From Eledone cirrhosa (Eukaryota): a stretch of 64,000 nucleotides of DNA. Below the pieces are notes generated by a model. That model was not told the DNA's origin. It ran no database searches and saw only the letters and a list, made by a program, of their open reading frames with translations. This document shows, one piece after another, positions 63,101 through 64,000 of the stretch. The stretch spans positions 75,578,001 through 75,642,000 of the forward strand of contig OZ024745.1 in NCBI GenBank assembly GCA_964016885.1, in the 5' to 3' direction. The position numbers and the translations under genes were made by a program. Positions within the stretch are counted from its first letter, which is position 1. Each line of letters begins with the position of its first letter.

Positions 63101-63558
63101 TCCCATCGTGCATCTAGGATACCATTCCAGTCCCCCACTAAAAGTAAGGAGCGAGACGTTCCCAGAAAAGACTCTAGACGCTTAAAGAAGTCTGGCCGTG
63201 ATTGCGATTGCCCGGTCGGGGCATAAACGGCCACCAGTCTGAAGGCTCCACCTCCGATACTGTTCACGTCTAGGACTACCAGTCTACCCTCCGGGTCCAA
63301 GTGTACTTGCTGTACTCCGACGTCCAGGTTCTTCCGAAACATAACAGCCACTCCACCTCCACCTCCTGGCTGACAGAGAGATGCGTAGATCTCAAAGTCG
63401 TCGAAGATGGGGGTTAGTTGCTGCCTGTTGTGGATTCTGGACTCGGTGATGGCTATCACATCCATACTGTGTGACCTAAGGTCGTTTAAAAGTTGGCCCT
63501 GTTTCCAGGGCATCCCTAGGCCACGCACATTCACGGTTCCAACTCGTAAACCAGCCAT
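60112..63558 (-). CDS. Tx1 ORF2: APE endonuclease, reverse transcriptase, CCHC finger (1148 aa)
   Basis: NVRG, ITESR, VYAP, GDWNG, SYLDRFF, SDH, GYWKLN, KSPGLDG, FRPITLLN, LDQSKAFDRV, IRQGCPLS, YADN, CPRC..ETVLHAIVHC. Confidence 0.95.
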   Translation of the reverse strand: MAGLRVGTVNVRGLGMPWKQGQLLNDLRSHSMDVIAITESRIHNRQQLTPIFDDFEIYASLCQPGGGGGVAVMFRKNLDVGVQQVHLDPEGRLVVLDVNSIGGGAFRLVAVYAPTGQSQSRPDFFKRLESFLGTSRSLLLVGDWNGILDARWDYVGACPSRAGCNSLKTLIGQFQLADRYRLDFPTAPQWTWVNRSGTSRSYLDRFFIRERDKDMLSCPRMHMVAYSDHKLVVCLVNRDRIHRQGPGYWKLNVSLPARKAYSERISKLVKQQLTGAIVNNRWWYSLKKAIRIESIGYSRELALEKNRIERELVAKVEEALRSGNAARVLASRTALDQFFDAKHEGCVVRSKTRALGNEGAKAVSWARVAEAKSGNKPTIRSLKDQNGRVLLDPKQMCAAFQRHFARLFEQNDGEPNGAMDFSSYLDGLPRLSNTDAEFCERPITDTEIRDALGRCGKRKSPGLDGLPYEFYIGMPDLFSGVLEAVYCNWQQNGRIPSSAGKGVVTLIRKDENKGDEINNFRPITLLNTELKILAKVLATRLALVVENLVGKAQTCAIPTRSIHDNLHLMRYIIERVGSKPGFGGALINLDQSKAFDRVDHRYLEAVLKAAGFGPVFRGWIEAMHTSICSRVKVNGYLSEPFAITRSIRQGCPLSSILYVLTLEPLLRKLELLQGIPLEPGLRKAASAYADNVTVMVSSTSEIGVIGNILKEYETLTGAKLNPDKSVGLQLGTWRGKPMTSDSVVGRWTDGPVKLLGVWFGPDLQVEKNWNEVTAKVFALTQKWAECKLSLKGRAEVANTFIASVIYYRLTVVPCPREHLAKMERMLFQFLWKKQAPLVRRSVCCQHPSNGGLGMPWLMMRKHALRLRHLQVFLTDPQPVWAPFVRQAFPQLVSLTELQSWVKKRPKTMGAWHIECAQALTVLWQAGAAISGDSTSTFYRGIVRYKGDDVLGETLGVEDDELTSMFGRTFRPGPMDNFQRSLAWQCYRGALPVRDKIYRHGRPGRDPSKRTCPRCAQDIETVLHAIVHCPGVSDLWNYAEQLLSRMGQIQLTAESIVRIKPPDSFKNEREAVFLCTVAMVKEVIWWTRLRGLRTDAFLSGQQLIPFFKYHFRRRIRVEREALHPSKFTERWVNEAKMARVIGPSLFISL

Positions 63559-63599
63559 GTTGGTGAAGAAAAGTTGGAGAAAAAGGACGAAAGGTGCAC

Positions 63600-64000
63600 T
63601 TACCTTTTCGTTTCCTGGAGATCGGGTTGTTCAATCTCCATTTGGGTGCTGGATGGGGTGTTGGGTGGGGTGGGGAAACCTTTCAACAGGACGCGGTTGA
63701 TGGGTTTGTGGCAGGGGTTGCCCACGTCCTGTGAAAATTTAATTTTCAGGTCTTTATAGGTTTCCATAGAAACCCTTATAAGTTTAAGGTGTGGAGACGA
63801 TTCTGCCTTGACGAAAGTTTTGCCCTCCGTCTCCACCTTGGGGTTTTGGGAGATGACCTCCATCAAACTCTTGTTGTTTGTGTTGATGTATGCGTATTGT
63901 TGTTTGTGTTTTTGTTGTATTGTTTTAGTTTGTTGTTCATCTGGGAGTTTTCTTTTTATGGTGGGTGCTTGTGTTTGGGGTGGTGTTGGTGCTGGTTTTG
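63600..64000 (-). CDS. Probable C-terminus of Tx1 ORF1
   Basis: Open frame ends ~40 nt upstream of the ORF2 ATG. Assigned by position only. Confidence 0.55.
   Translation of the reverse strand, partial: KPAPTPPQTQAPTIKRKLPDEQQTKTIQQKHKQQYAYINTNNKSLMEVISQNPKVETEGKTFVKAESSPHLKLIRVSMETYKDLKIKFSQDVGNPCHKPINRVLLKGFPTPPNTPSSTQMEIEQPDLQETKR

Larger units (their letters stand above)
59878..64000 (-). mobile_element. Tx1/L1-clade LINE, probably near full length (runs off the window)
   Basis: Uninterrupted ORF2, upstream ORF1 end, 3' end gtggctaataaagaaa joined to (TATC)n. Confidence 0.95.

Noticed and set aside
60067-63700. Plus-strand and alternate-frame ORFs overlapping the Tx1 ORF2 (and similar ones in the CR1 and Dong copies)
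   Set aside because: Shadow ORFs of GC-richer coding sequence with no recognisable motifs.

Overview
Eukaryotic, gene-poor, AT-rich DNA dominated by (TA)n, (CA)n, (GA)n and (GATA)n microsatellites, with mobile elements inserted in and between them. The repeat spectrum resembles an octopus/cephalopod genome (inference). Recognisable coding relics are all from mobile elements: a Tx1/L1-clade LINE with an uninterrupted 1148-aa ORF2 (RT motif reads YADN) plus a truncated sister copy, a Dong/R4 3' fragment, a CR1-group RT fragment, three Penelope GIY-YIG fragments, two CRE-like endonuclease relics and a Tc1/mariner fragment. SINEs, MITEs, two internally deleted RTE derivatives and a Helentron-like element are also present. 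Many short non-coding Penelope-type modules carry minimal type I hammerhead ribozyme (HHR) motifs. The main observation is a small non-coding repeat family (4 copies, 3 subfamilies). It encodes a complete hammerhead core in non-circularly permuted order (NUH, then GAAA, then CUGANGA), with a box C/D-type kink-turn in stem III. Compensatory changes support the helices, and one insertion begins exactly at the predicted cleavage site. No host gene is confidently identified. All structures were read by eye and none were computed or tested.
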